DNA of 64,000 nt from Longimicrobiales bacterium (GCA_965238005.1 OZ250165.1:3296001-3360000); one strand, 5' to 3'. Positions 19,844 to 30,973 are shown, numbered from the stretch's first letter. Notes: generated by a model not told the origin, from the letters alone. Numbers and translations are program-made.

Positions 19844-20478
19844 TACTTCGAGTAAAGCTCCACGATGAGCTGTTCCTGGACCGCCAGCGGAATGTCCTGA
19901 CGGGTGGGACGACGGGTGACGCGGCCGACGCGATTCTTCTCGTCCAGCGCGAGCCACTCCACGAGAGCGGGGCGGGTCCGGGCTTCGAGGCTCGCCTGTA
20001 CCGACGCCAGGTCCCTGGACTTGGGTCGTATGGCCACTTCGTCGCCGGAGCCTACCTGATAGGACGGAACGTCCACGACGCGCCCGTTCACCTCCACGTG
20101 GCGATGCCGGACGACCTGCCGGGCGGCGCTTCGGCTCGGTGCGAATCCCATCCGGAAGATCACGTTGTCCAGACGGGACTCGAGGGAGATGAGCATGTTC
20201 TCCCCCGTGATGCCATCACGGGCGGAGGCGCGCTCGAAGAGAGTCCGGAACGGGCGCTCGTGGAGCCCGTAGATCCTCTTGACCTTCTGCTTCTCACGGA
20301 GTTGGACGGCGTAGTCGGACTGCTTGCGCCGCCGTGCATGGGCCGGGCCGTGCTGACCCGGAGGGTACGCGCGCCGCTCTATGGCGCACTTCTCCGTGTA
20401 GCACTTCTGTCCCTTCAGAAAGAGCTTCTGCCCCTCACGCCTGCAGAGCTTGCAAACTGGTCCCGTGTATCGTGCCAT
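19843..20478 (-). CDS. rpsD: 30S ribosomal protein uS4
   Basis: MARYTGPVCKLCRREG, QLREKQK, IVELYSK. Confidence 0.97.
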   Translation of the reverse strand: MARYTGPVCKLCRREGQKLFLKGQKCYTEKCAIERRAYPPGQHGPAHARRRKQSDYAVQLREKQKVKRIYGLHERPFRTLFERASARDGITGENMLISLESRLDNVIFRMGFAPSRSAARQVVRHRHVEVNGRVVDVPSYQVGSGDEVAIRPKSRDLASVQASLEARTRPALVEWLALDEKNRVGRVTRRPTRQDIPLAVQEQLIVELYSK

Positions 20479-20489
20479 GCTGTTCTCTG

Positions 20490-20879
20490 CTAGACCCGGC
20501 GCTTCTTGGGCGGGCGGCATCCGTTGTGGGGAAGCGGGGTCACATCCTGAATGGCCTTGATCTGCAGTCCCGCGGCCGAAAGGGCCTGGATGGCCGACTC
20601 ACGCCCGGAGCCAGGCCCCTGCACTCGGACGTTCACGCGCTTCACCCCCATCGCCACCGCCTCGCGCCCGCACTGCTCGGCGGCCACCGTAGCGGCGAAG
20701 GGCGTCGACTTCTTGGAGCCCTTGAAGCCGGCCTTGCCGGCGCTGCCCCACACGATGGTGTTGCCTGCGTTGTCGGTGATCGTGACGAGCGTGTTGTTGA
20801 ACGTCGCTTTGATGTGGGCGACCCCCTCCGCCTCTACGATCTTCTTGCTGCGCCTACGCGGCGACGTTGCTTCGGCCAC
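20490..20879 (-). CDS. rpsK: 30S ribosomal protein uS11
   Basis: [20 protein letters not shown]. Confidence 0.97.
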   Translation of the reverse strand: MAEATSPRRRSKKIVEAEGVAHIKATFNNTLVTITDNAGNTIVWGSAGKAGFKGSKKSTPFAATVAAEQCGREAVAMGVKRVNVRVQGPGSGRESAIQALSAAGLQIKAIQDVTPLPHNGCRPPKKRRV

Positions 20880-20951
20880 TCGCTACCGTCCTTCGTGTCT
20901 TGATCGAACCCGTCTTGATCGAAAGCGTTTCTCTATTCTCGATGCGCTCGA

Positions 20952-21332
20952 CTACTTCTTCGGCGCCCTCTTCTTGCCTGCGATAGCCCGTCGCTGACCC
21001 TTGTGGGTCCGGGCGTTCGTGTGGGTGCGCTGTCCGCGTACCGGCAGGCCCCGGCGATGCCTGAGGCCCCGATAGCACCCGATGTCCATGAGCCGCTTGA
21101 TGTTCATGGAGACTTCGGTTCGGAGGGCACCCTCTACCTTGTAGTTGCCTTCGATCTCTCGACGCAGTTGGTTCACGTCGTCGTCGGTGAGATCGACGGT
21201 ACGGCGGTCCGGATCGACACCCGTATTATCGAGAATCACCTGCGACCGGGACGCCCCGATGCCGTAGATGTAGGTCAGCGCGACCTCTATCCTCTTGTTC
21301 TTCGGGAGATCAACACCTGCGATGCGTGCCAT
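20952..21332 (-). CDS. rpsM: 30S ribosomal protein uS13
   Basis: [19 protein letters not shown]. Confidence 0.97.
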   Translation of the reverse strand: MARIAGVDLPKNKRIEVALTYIYGIGASRSQVILDNTGVDPDRRTVDLTDDDVNQLRREIEGNYKVEGALRTEVSMNIKRLMDIGCYRGLRHRRGLPVRGQRTHTNARTHKGQRRAIAGKKRAPKK

Positions 21333-21453
21333 ACCACCGTCTCTTCAACTCGTGATCGGAAAGGTGCGCGACTGAGGCGTACTCACGGTACGCGCCGCAG
21401 GGAGCGCGCTCTGAAGCCCGACACCGCCTCGCGCCGCTATGGGCCGCACGAGG

Positions 21454-21570
21454 CTATCCTTGGCGTTGTTTGTGCTTGGGATTGCGCGAACAAATGATCC
21501 TCACCACACCCCGGCGACGGATCACTTTACAGTGCTCGCAAATCGGTTTTACGCTGCTACGGACCTTCAT
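21454..21570 (-). CDS. rpmJ: 50S ribosomal protein bL36 (Zn-binding form); not in the ORF track
   Basis: [38 protein letters not shown]. Confidence 0.96.
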   Translation of the reverse strand: MKVRSSVKPICEHCKVIRRRGVVRIICSRNPKHKQRQG

Positions 21571-21605
21571 TTTTCATGCCTTTACGTGCGTTTCTAGCAG
21601 AGCTT

Positions 21606-21637
21606 ATTATAATAATGAAAGGCTCCCTGCCCTTCAA
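21606..21637 (-). promoter_or_regulatory. sigma70-type promoter for rpmJ and the alpha operon
   Basis: TTGAAG-17 nt-TATTAT (overlapping TATAAT) in an AT-rich patch. Confidence 0.7.
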
Positions 21638-21672
21638 GGTATTCCAGGGGTCTTCGACGTCTCGTGTCACGC

Positions 21673-22443
21673 TCAGGCCGGCGTCTCCACGGGAGCCGCG
21701 GTCAGGATGCGCGGCCCGTTGGCCGTCACGGCTACGGTATGCTCGAAATGGGCCGACCTGGTTCCGTCCCGAGTCACGACGGTCCAGCGATCCTCGAGCG
21801 TCCTGATGTTCTCGGTTCCCAATGCGAGCATGGGCTCGATGGCGAGGACCATGCCCTCCCGGAGGAGAGGGCCCACACCCGGGCGTCCCAGGTTCGAGAC
21901 TTGAGGCTCTTCGTGGACTTCCCGGCCCACACCGTGGCCCACGAGATCCCGGATTATGTGCAGTCCCGTCCCCTCGACCCGCGCCATGACGGCAGCACCG
22001 ATGTCACCAACGTGGTTTTCCTTCACGGCTGCAGTGATGGCCACATGGAGAGCCTCTTCCGTCACGGCGAGGAGGTGACGGCCCTGCTCGTCCAGCTCTC
22101 CCACCGGGAAGGTCCAGGCCGAGTCGGAGCACCAGCCGTCCAGCTTCACCCCGACGTCGATAGAGACGATGTCACCCTCCGCCAGCATCCGGTTCGCCTT
22201 GGGGATTCCGTGAACCACCTCTTCGTTCAACGAGATGCAGACGCTCCCAGCGAAGCCGTAGAGCCCCTTGAACGCCGGCTCGGCACCGTCGTAGGAGCGG
22301 ATGAAGTCGTCGGCGAACACGTCCAGCTCCAGCGTCGATACACCGGGAACGATGCGAGGCTGTATCTCGACGAGGAAGTCGGCGATGATGGCCCCTCCGC
22401 GGGCGATCACCTCGATCTCTTCGGGGGTCTTGAGGTGGATCAT
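21673..22443 (-). CDS. map: type I methionine aminopeptidase
   Basis: NEEVVHGIP, GHGVG..HEEP, AIEPM, SAHFEHTV. Confidence 0.96.
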   Translation of the reverse strand: MIHLKTPEEIEVIARGGAIIADFLVEIQPRIVPGVSTLELDVFADDFIRSYDGAEPAFKGLYGFAGSVCISLNEEVVHGIPKANRMLAEGDIVSIDVGVKLDGWCSDSAWTFPVGELDEQGRHLLAVTEEALHVAITAAVKENHVGDIGAAVMARVEGTGLHIIRDLVGHGVGREVHEEPQVSNLGRPGVGPLLREGMVLAIEPMLALGTENIRTLEDRWTVVTRDGTRSAHFEHTVAVTANGPRILTAAPVETPA

Positions 22444-23093
22444 CGGGCCAGCCCCAAGGCGACGACCACGGCCGCGTGCACAGCCTCTACGCTCTGTTCA
22501 CCGTCCACGTGGTGCACCGGGGCGCCGCTGGCCTCGTAATATTCGATGAGGGGCGCGGTCTGACGCCGGTACACGTCCAGACGATTCTGGACGGTGTCGG
22601 GGTGATCGTCGGTCCGGTGCTGGAGGACAGCGCCATCGTTGTCGCACACGCCGTCCCTGGCAGGCGGGGCCAGGGAGATGTTGTAGACCGCGCCACACTC
22701 CGGGCACGACCGGCGGCCGGCAATCCTCTCGACAAGGGATGCATCCTCCGCCTCGAGCACCACGATGTGATCGATCTTCATGCCCAGCTCACTGAGCATC
22801 ATGCTGAGACCCGACGACTGAGAGCTGGTCCGGGGGAAGCCGTCGAAGACGACGCCCGTGTCGGCGGGCACGATTGCCAGCTTCTCCTTCACCATGGCTA
22901 TCATGACGTTATCCGGGACGAGCGCCCCCGCGTCCATGAAGCGCTGCGCCTCCCGGCCGAGGTCGGTTCCCTGGGCACGGGCCTGGCGGAGCAGGTCGCC
23001 GGTGACCACCCGCTCCCAACCTTGAGCCTCGGCAAGACGGACCCCCTGGGTGCCTTTTCCAACCCCCGGGGGTCCCAAGAAAATGACGTACAT
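22440..23093 (-). CDS. adk: adenylate kinase
   Basis: LGPPGVGKGTQ, DGFPRT, Zn-lid CPEC...CDND. Confidence 0.96.
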   Translation of the reverse strand: MYVIFLGPPGVGKGTQGVRLAEAQGWERVVTGDLLRQARAQGTDLGREAQRFMDAGALVPDNVMIAMVKEKLAIVPADTGVVFDGFPRTSSQSSGLSMMLSELGMKIDHIVVLEAEDASLVERIAGRRSCPECGAVYNISLAPPARDGVCDNDGAVLQHRTDDHPDTVQNRLDVYRRQTAPLIEYYEASGAPVHHVDGEQSVEAVHAAVVVALGLAR

Positions 23094-23119
23094 GAGCGTC
23101 GGTCGTCTCTCTGGCCGCG

Positions 23120-24433
23120 CTACAAGTATCGTGAACGACCGCGCATCTTCACACGGCCCTTCTTCATGAACCCGTCGTAGTGGCGGAGCAGCAGGTGCTG
23201 CTGCGCCTGCTGGACGGTGTCCAGTCCCACGCCCACGACGATCAGGAGGCCGGTTCCACCGAAGAAGAACGTCTGGATATTGAAGATGTCGAAGATCCAG
23301 AACGGCACCAGCGCGATCAGCGCCAGATAGATCGACCCCGGAAGCGTGACTCTCGTGAGCACGCGATCGATGTATTCGGCGGTACGGGCTCCCGGCTTCA
23401 CACCCGGTACGAAGGCTCCCTGCTTCTTCAGGTTCTCGGCCAGGTCCACAGGGTTGAAGATGATGGCCGTGTAGAAGTACGTGAAGAAGACGATCAGCAG
23501 CCCGTAAGTGATGTAGTAGACCGTCCCGGGCTGGAAGATGTCGGCGATGGTGTCGAGGAATCCGCCTGTCTGGCCGGCGAACTGGGCGATGGTGCCCGGC
23601 ACGACGATGAAGGACTGGGCGAAGATGATGGGCATGACGCCGGCCGAGTTGACGCGTAGCGGAACGAAGCTCTTCTGCCCCTCCCGGATGCGCCCGCGCC
23701 CCACCACCTTCCGTGGTATCTGAACCGGGATCTTCCTCGCGCCCATGGTCATGGCCACTACGGCCGCGGTGATCGAGATCAGCACCACGATGAGCATCAC
23801 GACCGCGAAGATCTTGATCTGCCCGGCGATGAACGACTCCCAGGTCCTGGCCACGGCCGCCGGGAAGCTCTCGATGATGGAGAAGAAGATCAGGAGCGAC
23901 ATGCCGTTTCCGATCCCGCGCTCCGTGATCTGCTCACCGAGCCACATGACGAAGATGGCGCCCACCGTGAGCGTCACCGTGGTGGTCATGTTGAACAGGA
24001 AGCCGGGGTCCCGGACCGCACCCGTGCTGTTGAGGAAGGCGGCGTAGCTGAACCCCTGGACGGCGCTCAGGACAACCGTAGTGTAACGGGTCCACTGCGT
24101 CAGCTTCTGCCGTCCGTCCTCGCCCTCCTTCTGCATCTTCTCGACGGTCGGGAAGACGGCGGCCAGCAGCTGGAACATGATGCTGGCGGAGATATAGGGC
24201 ATGATGCCCAGGGCAAGGATTGTGGCCCGGCTGAGACCGCCACCCACGAACATGTCGTAGATGCCGAGGATCCCGCCCTGGAGGGCGCCGAACTGCTGTC
24301 GGAGGATCCCCACGTCCACCCCCGGAACGGTGATGTGCGCACCGAACCGGAAGACAAGCATGATGAAGAGCGTAAAGAGGATCTTCTCTTTGAGCTCCGG
24401 AACCCGGAAAAGATTCGGAATCGGGTTAACCAT
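23120..24433 (-). CDS. secY: preprotein translocase SecY
   Basis: LGIMPYISASI, GIGNGMSL, GVMPIIFA, FGGTGLLIVVGV. Confidence 0.97.
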   Translation of the reverse strand: MVNPIPNLFRVPELKEKILFTLFIMLVFRFGAHITVPGVDVGILRQQFGALQGGILGIYDMFVGGGLSRATILALGIMPYISASIMFQLLAAVFPTVEKMQKEGEDGRQKLTQWTRYTTVVLSAVQGFSYAAFLNSTGAVRDPGFLFNMTTTVTLTVGAIFVMWLGEQITERGIGNGMSLLIFFSIIESFPAAVARTWESFIAGQIKIFAVVMLIVVLISITAAVVAMTMGARKIPVQIPRKVVGRGRIREGQKSFVPLRVNSAGVMPIIFAQSFIVVPGTIAQFAGQTGGFLDTIADIFQPGTVYYITYGLLIVFFTYFYTAIIFNPVDLAENLKKQGAFVPGVKPGARTAEYIDRVLTRVTLPGSIYLALIALVPFWIFDIFNIQTFFFGGTGLLIVVGVGLDTVQQAQQHLLLRHYDGFMKKGRVKMRGRSRYL

Positions 24434-24962
24434 CGGTCTCCGCTTCGCCTTCAACATCCCCTGCGGCCGGCTCGTCGGTGGCGGGCTCGGATGCATCGGC
24501 CGCTCCATTGCCCCCGCCGCGAGTCAGGACCGTAGCCGAGCCTCCGGCCACTTCGATCTTGGTCACGGCTCCGCCGCTGAACTTGTGAGCCTCCACGGAG
24601 TAGGCCTGGTTCACCTCGCCCATGGCGAGAATCTTGATCAGCCCCTCTGCGGATCGGATCAACCCCGCTTGCTTCAACACCTCCGCGTTGACCGTGGTCC
24701 CCTCGACACGAGCGAGATCCCCCACATTCACGATCTGGTACACCGTGCGCTTGCGCGGCGTGAACCCCCGCTTCGGGATGCGCCTCTGCAAGGGCATCTG
24801 TCCACCCTCGAATCCCGGACGGACGGAGCCACCACTGCGGGACTTCTGGCCATTCTCTCCGCGACCGGCGGTCTTGCCCTTCCCGGAGCCGGGGCCTCGC
24901 CCCTTCCGCTTCGAGCGGCGATGAGAGCCGCGAGCGGGACGTAGTTCGTGTAGCTCAGCCAT
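24426..24962 (-). CDS. rplO: 50S ribosomal protein uL15 with acidic tail
   Basis: GRGPGSGKGKTAGRG, GFEGGQMPLQRRIPKRGF. Confidence 0.96.
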   Translation of the reverse strand: MAELHELRPARGSHRRSKRKGRGPGSGKGKTAGRGENGQKSRSGGSVRPGFEGGQMPLQRRIPKRGFTPRKRTVYQIVNVGDLARVEGTTVNAEVLKQAGLIRSAEGLIKILAMGEVNQAYSVEAHKFSGGAVTKIEVAGGSATVLTRGGGNGAADASEPATDEPAAGDVEGEAETDG

Positions 24963-24964
24963 TC

Positions 24965-25147
24965 TCAGATCTCTTCCACCTTTACCAGATGCCAAACTTG
25001 CTTCACCATCCCGCGGATGGCGGGTGTGTCGTCATGTACCACCGTCTGCTGGTGCTTCTTGAACCCCAAGGCCTCCAGCGTGCGCCGGTGCTTGAATTTC
25101 CGCCCGACCCCACTCCGGATCTGGACGATGGACAGCTTCTTAGCCAC
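24965..25147 (-). CDS. rpmD: 50S ribosomal protein uL30
   Basis: Sequence and position in the spc operon. Confidence 0.95.
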   Translation of the reverse strand: MAKKLSIVQIRSGVGRKFKHRRTLEALGFKKHQQTVVHDDTPAIRGMVKQVWHLVKVEEI

Positions 25148-25670
25148 GATCTCCTCCCAGGATGACCTCCACGGAAACGCCGCGCTCCCGTGCCGCCTGC
25201 TCGGGCGTGACCAGGTTCGTGAGTCCCTCCATGGTGGCTCTCACCACGTTGATCGGGTTGTTGCTCCCGAGGCTCTTGGTGAGGATGTCCTTGATGCCCA
25301 CGGCTTCCAGGACGGAGCGGACCGGCCCACCGGCGATCACGCCCGTTCCGGGCGCCGCAGGACGCAACATGACGCGCCCGGCACCCCAACGACCGATGAT
25401 CTCGTGGGGGATGGTCCCGTTCCGAACGGGGATCTCTACCATCTCTTTCTTGCCGCGCTCGAAGGCCTTGCGGATGGCTTCGGCCACCTCGTTGGCCTTG
25501 GCAAGCCCGATGCCGACACGACCCTTCTGGTCACCGACGGACACGAGTGCGGTGAAGGAGAACCGGCGGCCACCCTTCACGACCTTGGCCACGCGGTTGA
25601 TGTGGATCACGTTTTCGCTGAACTCGGACTCGCGCCCGCGACTCTCTCTACGTCTCTGGTCCCTGGCCAT
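25140..25670 (-). CDS. rpsE: 30S ribosomal protein uS5
   Basis: [22 protein letters not shown]. Confidence 0.97.
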   Translation of the reverse strand: MARDQRRRESRGRESEFSENVIHINRVAKVVKGGRRFSFTALVSVGDQKGRVGIGLAKANEVAEAIRKAFERGKKEMVEIPVRNGTIPHEIIGRWGAGRVMLRPAAPGTGVIAGGPVRSVLEAVGIKDILTKSLGSNNPINVVRATMEGLTNLVTPEQAARERGVSVEVILGGDRG

Positions 25671-26050
25671 CAGAACTGCAGCCCTCCCTCCCGGGCGCCC
25701 TCGGCGAAGGCCTTAACACGGCCGTGATACTGGTATCCCCCGCGATCGAACACGACTGCCTCGACTCCCTTGGCCACCGCCCGCTCCCCGAGGAGCTTCC
25801 CGGCCGCCCTGGCGTGCTCGATCCGTGGGTTCGAGCCCTCGGCCTTGAAGCCGGCAAGATCGGGACTGAGCGTGGACAGACCCACCAGCGTGTTGCCGGC
25901 GTCGTCGTCTACGACCTGCCCCTCGAAATTCTTCAGGGAACGGAACACTACGAGCCTCGGACGCTCCGCCGTGCCCCAGATCTTCTTGCGGATCCGGGCG
26001 TGCCTTCGGGCTCGCTGTGTACCTCGAGCCTTGATGACTTTTCTGCTCAT
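25670..26050 (-). CDS. rplR: 50S ribosomal protein uL18
   Basis: [21 protein letters not shown]. Confidence 0.96.
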   Translation of the reverse strand: MSRKVIKARGTQRARRHARIRKKIWGTAERPRLVVFRSLKNFEGQVVDDDAGNTLVGLSTLSPDLAGFKAEGSNPRIEHARAAGKLLGERAVAKGVEAVVFDRGGYQYHGRVKAFAEGAREGGLQF

Positions 26051-26064
26051 GATCTCGTTCGCTC

Positions 26065-26607
26065 TCAGACGGCGACAGCCGTCTTGCCGGCCTTGCGGCG
26101 GACGTGCTCGCCCTGGTAGCGGATACCCTTCCCCTTGTACGGCTCCGGGGGACGGAAGCCACGAATCTCGGCGGCCGCTTGGCCCACCTTCTGCTTGTCG
26201 ACCCCCGCCACCACGATGGTGGTCGGGTTCGGTACGTCGAGATCCACGCCGTCGGGCGCCGGATAGTCGATCGTGTGCGAGAATCCGAGGGTCAGGACGA
26301 TGCCCGATCCCTTCTTCTCCGCCTTGTATCCTATCCCCTGGATCTCGAGAGTCTTGCTGAACCCGTTGACCACGCCCTCGATCATGTTGGCGATGAGGGT
26401 GCGTGTCAGGCCGTGCAGCGCCCGGTGCCGCGGTTGATCCGAAGGACGTGTCACCCGGAGCGCCCCGTCATCCAGCGTGACCGTGATATCGGGGTGAACG
26501 TCGAAGGTGAGCTGCCCCTTTCCACCCTTCACCTCGATGTTCTGCCCGCTCACGGTCACGTCGACACCTTGCGGCACTTCGATAGGCATTTTACCAATCC
26601 GCGACAT
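26065..26607 (-). CDS. rplF: 50S ribosomal protein uL6
   Basis: [18 protein letters not shown]. Confidence 0.97.
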   Translation of the reverse strand: MSRIGKMPIEVPQGVDVTVSGQNIEVKGGKGQLTFDVHPDITVTLDDGALRVTRPSDQPRHRALHGLTRTLIANMIEGVVNGFSKTLEIQGIGYKAEKKGSGIVLTLGFSHTIDYPAPDGVDLDVPNPTTIVVAGVDKQKVGQAAAEIRGFRPPEPYKGKGIRYQGEHVRRKAGKTAVAV

Positions 26608-26621
26608 CGATCTCTATCCCC

Positions 26622-27014
26622 TCACCAGACCAGAGCCATGAGCTCGCCACCCACGCCCTGCTTGCGAGCCACCCGGTCCGACATCAGTCCCTGGGAAGTG
26701 GAGAGGATGGCCATGCCCAGCCCGTTCCGGACCCGAGGAATGTCATCGACGGCCACGTAACGACGGCGACCCGGGCGTGACACCCGTTCCAGGTGCCGGA
26801 TGACGGGGCCCTCTTCGTGGTACTTGAGGTACACGCGGAGAACCCCGAACTTGCCGTCGTCCAAGACCTTGCAGTCGTAGATGAAGTGGTTGTCCTTCAG
26901 TAGGCGGGCCACCTCGGTCTTCAGCTTGGAGACCGGCATATCCACCCACTTGTGCCCCGCGGTTCCGGCGTTCCGGATGCGTGTGAGCATGTCCGCAATG
27001 GGATCCGTCATCAT
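26622..27014 (-). CDS. rpsH: 30S ribosomal protein uS8
   Basis: DPIADMLTRIRNA, SRPGRRRY. Confidence 0.97.
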   Translation of the reverse strand: MMTDPIADMLTRIRNAGTAGHKWVDMPVSKLKTEVARLLKDNHFIYDCKVLDDGKFGVLRVYLKYHEEGPVIRHLERVSRPGRRRYVAVDDIPRVRNGLGMAILSTSQGLMSDRVARKQGVGGELMALVW

Positions 27015-27029
27015 AGCCGTTTCGATCCT

Positions 27030-27215
27030 TTACCAGCTTGATTTCCGGACGCCCGGGATCTCGCCCATGAGAGCCTTCTGACGGAAACAGATCCGGCAGA
27101 TCCCGAACTTCCGAATGTACGCACGAGGGCGCCCGCAGCGCTGACAGCGATTCCGATGTCGCCCCGGATACTTGGGTTTGCGGTTGTTCCTCTCGATCAA
27201 CGCCTTCCTGGCCAT
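27030..27215 (-). CDS. rpsN: 30S ribosomal protein uS14, type Z
   Basis: 61 aa, CQRC...CRIC. Confidence 0.96.
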   Translation of the reverse strand: MARKALIERNNRKPKYPGRHRNRCQRCGRPRAYIRKFGICRICFRQKALMGEIPGVRKSSW

Positions 27216-27233
27216 CGAACTCCCCCGTCCGTG

Positions 27234-27809
27234 TTAGTTCGCGTGCTGCCCGATTATGACAGGAACCGCCCCTTGGAAGGGGAAGCCCATCTCGCGAAGC
27301 AGCGCAAGCGCCTCGTCGTCCTTATCCGTTGTCGTGACGACGGTAATGTTCATTCCGTGAATCTGACTGACCTGGTCGTAGTCGATCTCCGGAAAAATGA
27401 TCTGCTCCCGGACACCCATGGTGAAGTTCCCCCGGCCGTCGAAGGCCCGCGTCCGCAGCCCGCGGAAGTCCCTCACTCGCGGTATGACGATGCTCACAAG
27501 CCGATCCAGGAATTCGTACATCCGGCTCCGCCGAAGCGTGACCGACGCTCCGATGGGCATGCCCTCGCGGAGCTGGAAGTTCGAGATCGACTTCCGGGCC
27601 CGGGTGATGACGGCCTTCTGGCCGGTGATCACGCCCAGCTCGTCTGCCACAGAGGTCAGGAGCTTGGCGTTCTTCGACGCCTCGCCCGCCCCCACGTTCA
27701 GCACCACCTTCACGATCTTGGGGATCCGGTGGGGGTTCTCCCACTGGAACTGCTCCGCCAGCCGTGGGCGGGCGTGCTCCTTGTAATGCTTCAGCAGTCT
27801 CGGTTCCAT
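27234..27809 (-). CDS. rplE: 50S ribosomal protein uL5
   Basis: ITGQKA, PRVRDFRG, FDGRGN. Confidence 0.97.
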   Translation of the reverse strand: MEPRLLKHYKEHARPRLAEQFQWENPHRIPKIVKVVLNVGAGEASKNAKLLTSVADELGVITGQKAVITRARKSISNFQLREGMPIGASVTLRRSRMYEFLDRLVSIVIPRVRDFRGLRTRAFDGRGNFTMGVREQIIFPEIDYDQVSQIHGMNITVVTTTDKDDEALALLREMGFPFQGAVPVIIGQHAN

Positions 27810-27873
27810 CTCTCTCTCAGTCCTCAAGTCGCGCCGCAGTGTACGTCGATCCGATGCGAGTCGACGGCTCCCG

Positions 27874-28212
27874 CTACGGCTTGGGGATCGGATTGCCGGT
27901 CTTCACGGCGATCCTCTCTTTGGTTCCATCGGCCTCGATCCGCATGCGGACCCGGCTCGCCTTATCCGAGGCCGGATCCACCAACATCACGTTGGAAATG
28001 TGGATCGGTGCCTCGAAGGTCATGATCCCACCTTCTGGATTCGCCTCCGACGGACGCTCGTGGCGCTTGCGCATGTTCACACCCTCCACCACGACACGCC
28101 TCGCGTCCCGGAGCACGCTGAGGACGGTGCCCTCCATGTCCCGGAAGTTGCCTCGGATCACCTTGACCCGGTCACCCTTCACGATCGTGAATCTCGACGC
28201 CTTGGTGGCCAT
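27874..28212 (-). CDS. rplX: 50S ribosomal protein uL24
   Basis: KGDRVKVIRG, EAPIHISNV. Confidence 0.96.
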   Translation of the reverse strand: MATKASRFTIVKGDRVKVIRGNFRDMEGTVLSVLRDARRVVVEGVNMRKRHERPSEANPEGGIMTFEAPIHISNVMLVDPASDKASRVRMRIEADGTKERIAVKTGNPIPKP

Positions 28213-28580
28213 TACAGCACCTCCGGGGCCAGCGAAACGATTTTCATGTAGCGCTTCTCGCGCAGCTCACGTCCGACGGGACCGAAGATGCGGGTGCCTC
28301 GGGGCTCGCCCTGGGGGGTGATGAGCACCGCCGCATTGTCGTCGAAGCGGATGTAGGTGCCGTCCTTGCGCCGCACTTCCTTGGCCGTGCGTACGACGAC
28401 GGCCCGCACCACCTCCCCCTTCTTCACGGGAGAGTTGGGGATCGCGTCCTTGATGGTCGCGACGATGACGTCACCGACGCTGGCGTAGCGCCGCCGTGAT
28501 CCACCCAGGACCCGAATACACAGGGCGCTCTTGGCCCCCGAGTTGTCGGCAATCTTGAGGATCGATTCCTGCTGAATCAT
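28212..28580 (-). CDS. rplN: 50S ribosomal protein uL14
   Basis: [16 protein letters not shown]. Confidence 0.97.
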   Translation of the reverse strand: MIQQESILKIADNSGAKSALCIRVLGGSRRRYASVGDVIVATIKDAIPNSPVKKGEVVRAVVVRTAKEVRRKDGTYIRFDDNAAVLITPQGEPRGTRIFGPVGRELREKRYMKIVSLAPEVL

Positions 28581-28633
28581 CTCTGTGTCCTAAATCGTGT
28601 CGGCTTGTCGGTCGAATGACCGATTCTCAATGG

Positions 28634-28957
28634 TCATTCTTGTTCGGAGCGCTCGAGCAGCTCGATAACACGCCACCGCTTGGTCTTCGAAAAGGGTCTG
28701 GTCTCGGCGATCCTGACCACGTCTCCTTCCTTGTACTGATTCTCTTCGTCGTGGGCGTGGTATTTCTTGGTCTTCTTGACCTGCTTCCCGTAGAGGGGAT
28801 GGGCGAACTGCCGCTCCACACGGACGGTCACGGTCTTGTCACCCTTGTGGCTGGTCACCACTCCGGTCCGGACCTTCCTCCGGTCCCGGGCGTCGCCGTC
28901 CTGGGGTGCCACGGCCTGCTCGACCTGCTCGACCTGCTCCGATGTGTTCTCTGTCAT
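28634..28957 (-). CDS. rpsQ: 30S ribosomal protein uS17
   Basis: [21 protein letters not shown]. Confidence 0.96.
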   Translation of the reverse strand: MTENTSEQVEQVEQAVAPQDGDARDRRKVRTGVVTSHKGDKTVTVRVERQFAHPLYGKQVKKTKKYHAHDEENQYKEGDVVRIAETRPFSKTKRWRVIELLERSEQE

Positions 28958-28960
28958 GGG

Positions 28961-29197
28961 TTACTCGGTCGACTCGTCGGATTGCCCGGTTGGCTCCTCG
29001 GATTCCCCGGCCATCTCACGCTCCCGGAGAATCGTATGCAGGCGCGCAATGTCGCGCCGGATGTGTTGCAGCATCTTGGGATTCTCGAGCTGCATCGTCC
29101 CGGTCCGGAAGCGGAGGCGAAACTGCTCCTCCTTCAGCTCCCCGAGCCGGGCGAGAACCTCGACGTTGTCCCACTCGCGAATCTCTTCAGCCTTCAT
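28961..29197 (-). CDS. rpmC: 50S ribosomal protein uL29
   Basis: FRLRF...RRDIARLHT. Confidence 0.95.
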   Translation of the reverse strand: MKAEEIREWDNVEVLARLGELKEEQFRLRFRTGTMQLENPKMLQHIRRDIARLHTILREREMAGESEEPTGQSDESTE

Positions 29198-29226
29198 CGT
29201 CTCTTCTCGTTATCGGTTGCAGGCCA

Positions 29227-29643
29227 CTAGAGCTGGTGCTCTCGAACGACGAAGCGCGTCGCGACAGAGAGCTTCGCGGCGGCCAGCTTCATGGCCTGCT
29301 TGGCGACCTCCTCCGTAACACCCTCCAGCTCGAACATCATGCGGCCCGGCTTCACGACGGCCACCCAACCCTCAGGGTTACCCTTACCCTTCCCCATACG
29401 GGTCTCGGCAGGCTTGGCCGTGATGGGCTTGTCCGGGAAAATCCGGATCCAGACCTTCCCACCACGCTTGACGTGGCGCGTCATGGCGACACGAGCGGCC
29501 TCGATCTGGCGGTTGGAGATCCAGCCGCACTCCGTCGTCTGAAGGCCGAACTCGCCGAACGAGACCTTGTTGCCGCGATACGACTTGCCGCGCATGCGGC
29601 CCTTATGCGTCTTGCGGTGTTTTACGCGCTTAGGTGCGAGCAT
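29227..29643 (-). CDS. rplP: 50S ribosomal protein uL16
   Basis: [16 protein letters not shown]. Confidence 0.97.
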   Translation of the reverse strand: MLAPKRVKHRKTHKGRMRGKSYRGNKVSFGEFGLQTTECGWISNRQIEAARVAMTRHVKRGGKVWIRIFPDKPITAKPAETRMGKGKGNPEGWVAVVKPGRMMFELEGVTEEVAKQAMKLAAAKLSVATRFVVREHQL

Positions 29644-29659
29644 CGTCTATTCCTCTCGG

Positions 29660-30319
29660 TCAGGCGCCGGTGGAGTACGTGCGGCCACGGCGCTCTTCGA
29701 TCACCTCGCCCCGGAAGATCCAGCACTTCACACCGACCATTCCGTAGGTCGTTCTGGCCGGAACCTGGGCGTAGTCGATGTCGGCCCGGAGCGTGTGGAG
29801 CGGCACGCGTCCCTCGTTGTACCCCTCCGTGCGCGCGATCTCGGCGCCGCCCAGCCGACCTGCACACTGAATCTTGATCCCTTCGGCGCCGCCCCTCCTG
29901 GCGGACTGAACGGCACGCTTCATAGCGCGACGGAACGAGATCCTCTGCCGGAGCTGGTGGGCTACATTCTCGGCCACGAGCCGGGCGTCGACCTCCGGTC
30001 GACGGATCTCCTCGACGTTCACGGAGATCTCTGCGTTGGCCAGAACCGCGAGCTCGTCCCGCAGCTTGTCGACCTCAGCTCCACGCTTTCCGATCACCAC
30101 GCCGGGGCGCGCCGTGAAGATCGTGACGACGATCTTCGAAGGCTTCCGCTCGATCTCCACCTTGGAGAGGGCGGCGTGCGCGAGGCGTCGATGGAGGTAC
30201 GACCGGATGGTCTCGTCCTCCTTGAGGAGGCGAGGGAAGTCACGGTCGGCGTACCAACGGGACTTCCAATCCTTGACGATCCCGAGACGGAACCCCAAAG
30301 GGTGAGTCTTCTGTCCCAT
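29660..30319 (-). CDS. rpsC: 30S ribosomal protein uS3
   Basis: [27 protein letters not shown]. Confidence 0.97.
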   Translation of the reverse strand: MGQKTHPLGFRLGIVKDWKSRWYADRDFPRLLKEDETIRSYLHRRLAHAALSKVEIERKPSKIVVTIFTARPGVVIGKRGAEVDKLRDELAVLANAEISVNVEEIRRPEVDARLVAENVAHQLRQRISFRRAMKRAVQSARRGGAEGIKIQCAGRLGGAEIARTEGYNEGRVPLHTLRADIDYAQVPARTTYGMVGVKCWIFRGEVIEERRGRTYSTGA

Positions 30320-30321
30320 TC

Positions 30322-30678
30322 TTATTCCTTCGTATCCACGACTACGGTGATGTGGCTGGTCCGCTTATTGATGCGGCCGGCGCGACCCATGGCCCGGGCC
30401 CTCCAACGCTTGAGGGTCGGGCCTTCGTCGACGTACGCCGTCGCGACCTTCAGCTCGTCCACGTCCAGAACATCGCCCAGGTCCTGAGCCTTGTTCTGAG
30501 CGTTCGCCACGGCGGAGCGCAGGGTCTTCCCCACGGGGTCCGCGGCGGCCTTCTTCGAGAACTGAAGGATTGCATACGCGTCGTTGACCGACTTCCCGCG
30601 GATCTGGTCCACAACCAGACGGACCTTTCGTGGGCTCATACGCACGTGACGAGCAATCGCCTTGGCTTGCATCTCCAT
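30322..30678 (-). CDS. rplV: 50S ribosomal protein uL22
   Basis: [21 protein letters not shown]. Confidence 0.97.
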   Translation of the reverse strand: MEMQAKAIARHVRMSPRKVRLVVDQIRGKSVNDAYAILQFSKKAAADPVGKTLRSAVANAQNKAQDLGDVLDVDELKVATAYVDEGPTLKRWRARAMGRAGRINKRTSHITVVVDTKE

Positions 30679-30685
30679 CGCTCGC

Positions 30686-30973
30686 TTACCTCACCTTGGA
30701 CCGCTTGTCGGCGAGCTTGCCGCCGTGACCCCTGAAGAGCCGCGTGGGAGAGAACTCGCCGAGCTTGTGGCCCACCATGTTTTCCGTGATGTACACGGGG
30801 ATGAACTTGTTGCCGTTGTGCACGGCGACCGTGTGTCCCACGAAGTCCGGAGAGATCGTGGACGCCCGTGCCCAGGTCTTGATGACCCTCTTCTCACCAC
30901 GGGAGTTCATGATCTCGATCTTCTGGAGAAGCTTGTCGTCGATGTACGGACCCTTCTTGACGCTGCGCGGCAT
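30686..30973 (-). CDS. rpsS: 30S ribosomal protein uS19
   Basis: [16 protein letters not shown]. Confidence 0.97.
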   Translation of the reverse strand: MPRSVKKGPYIDDKLLQKIEIMNSRGEKRVIKTWARASTISPDFVGHTVAVHNGNKFIPVYITENMVGHKLGEFSPTRLFRGHGGKLADKRSKVR

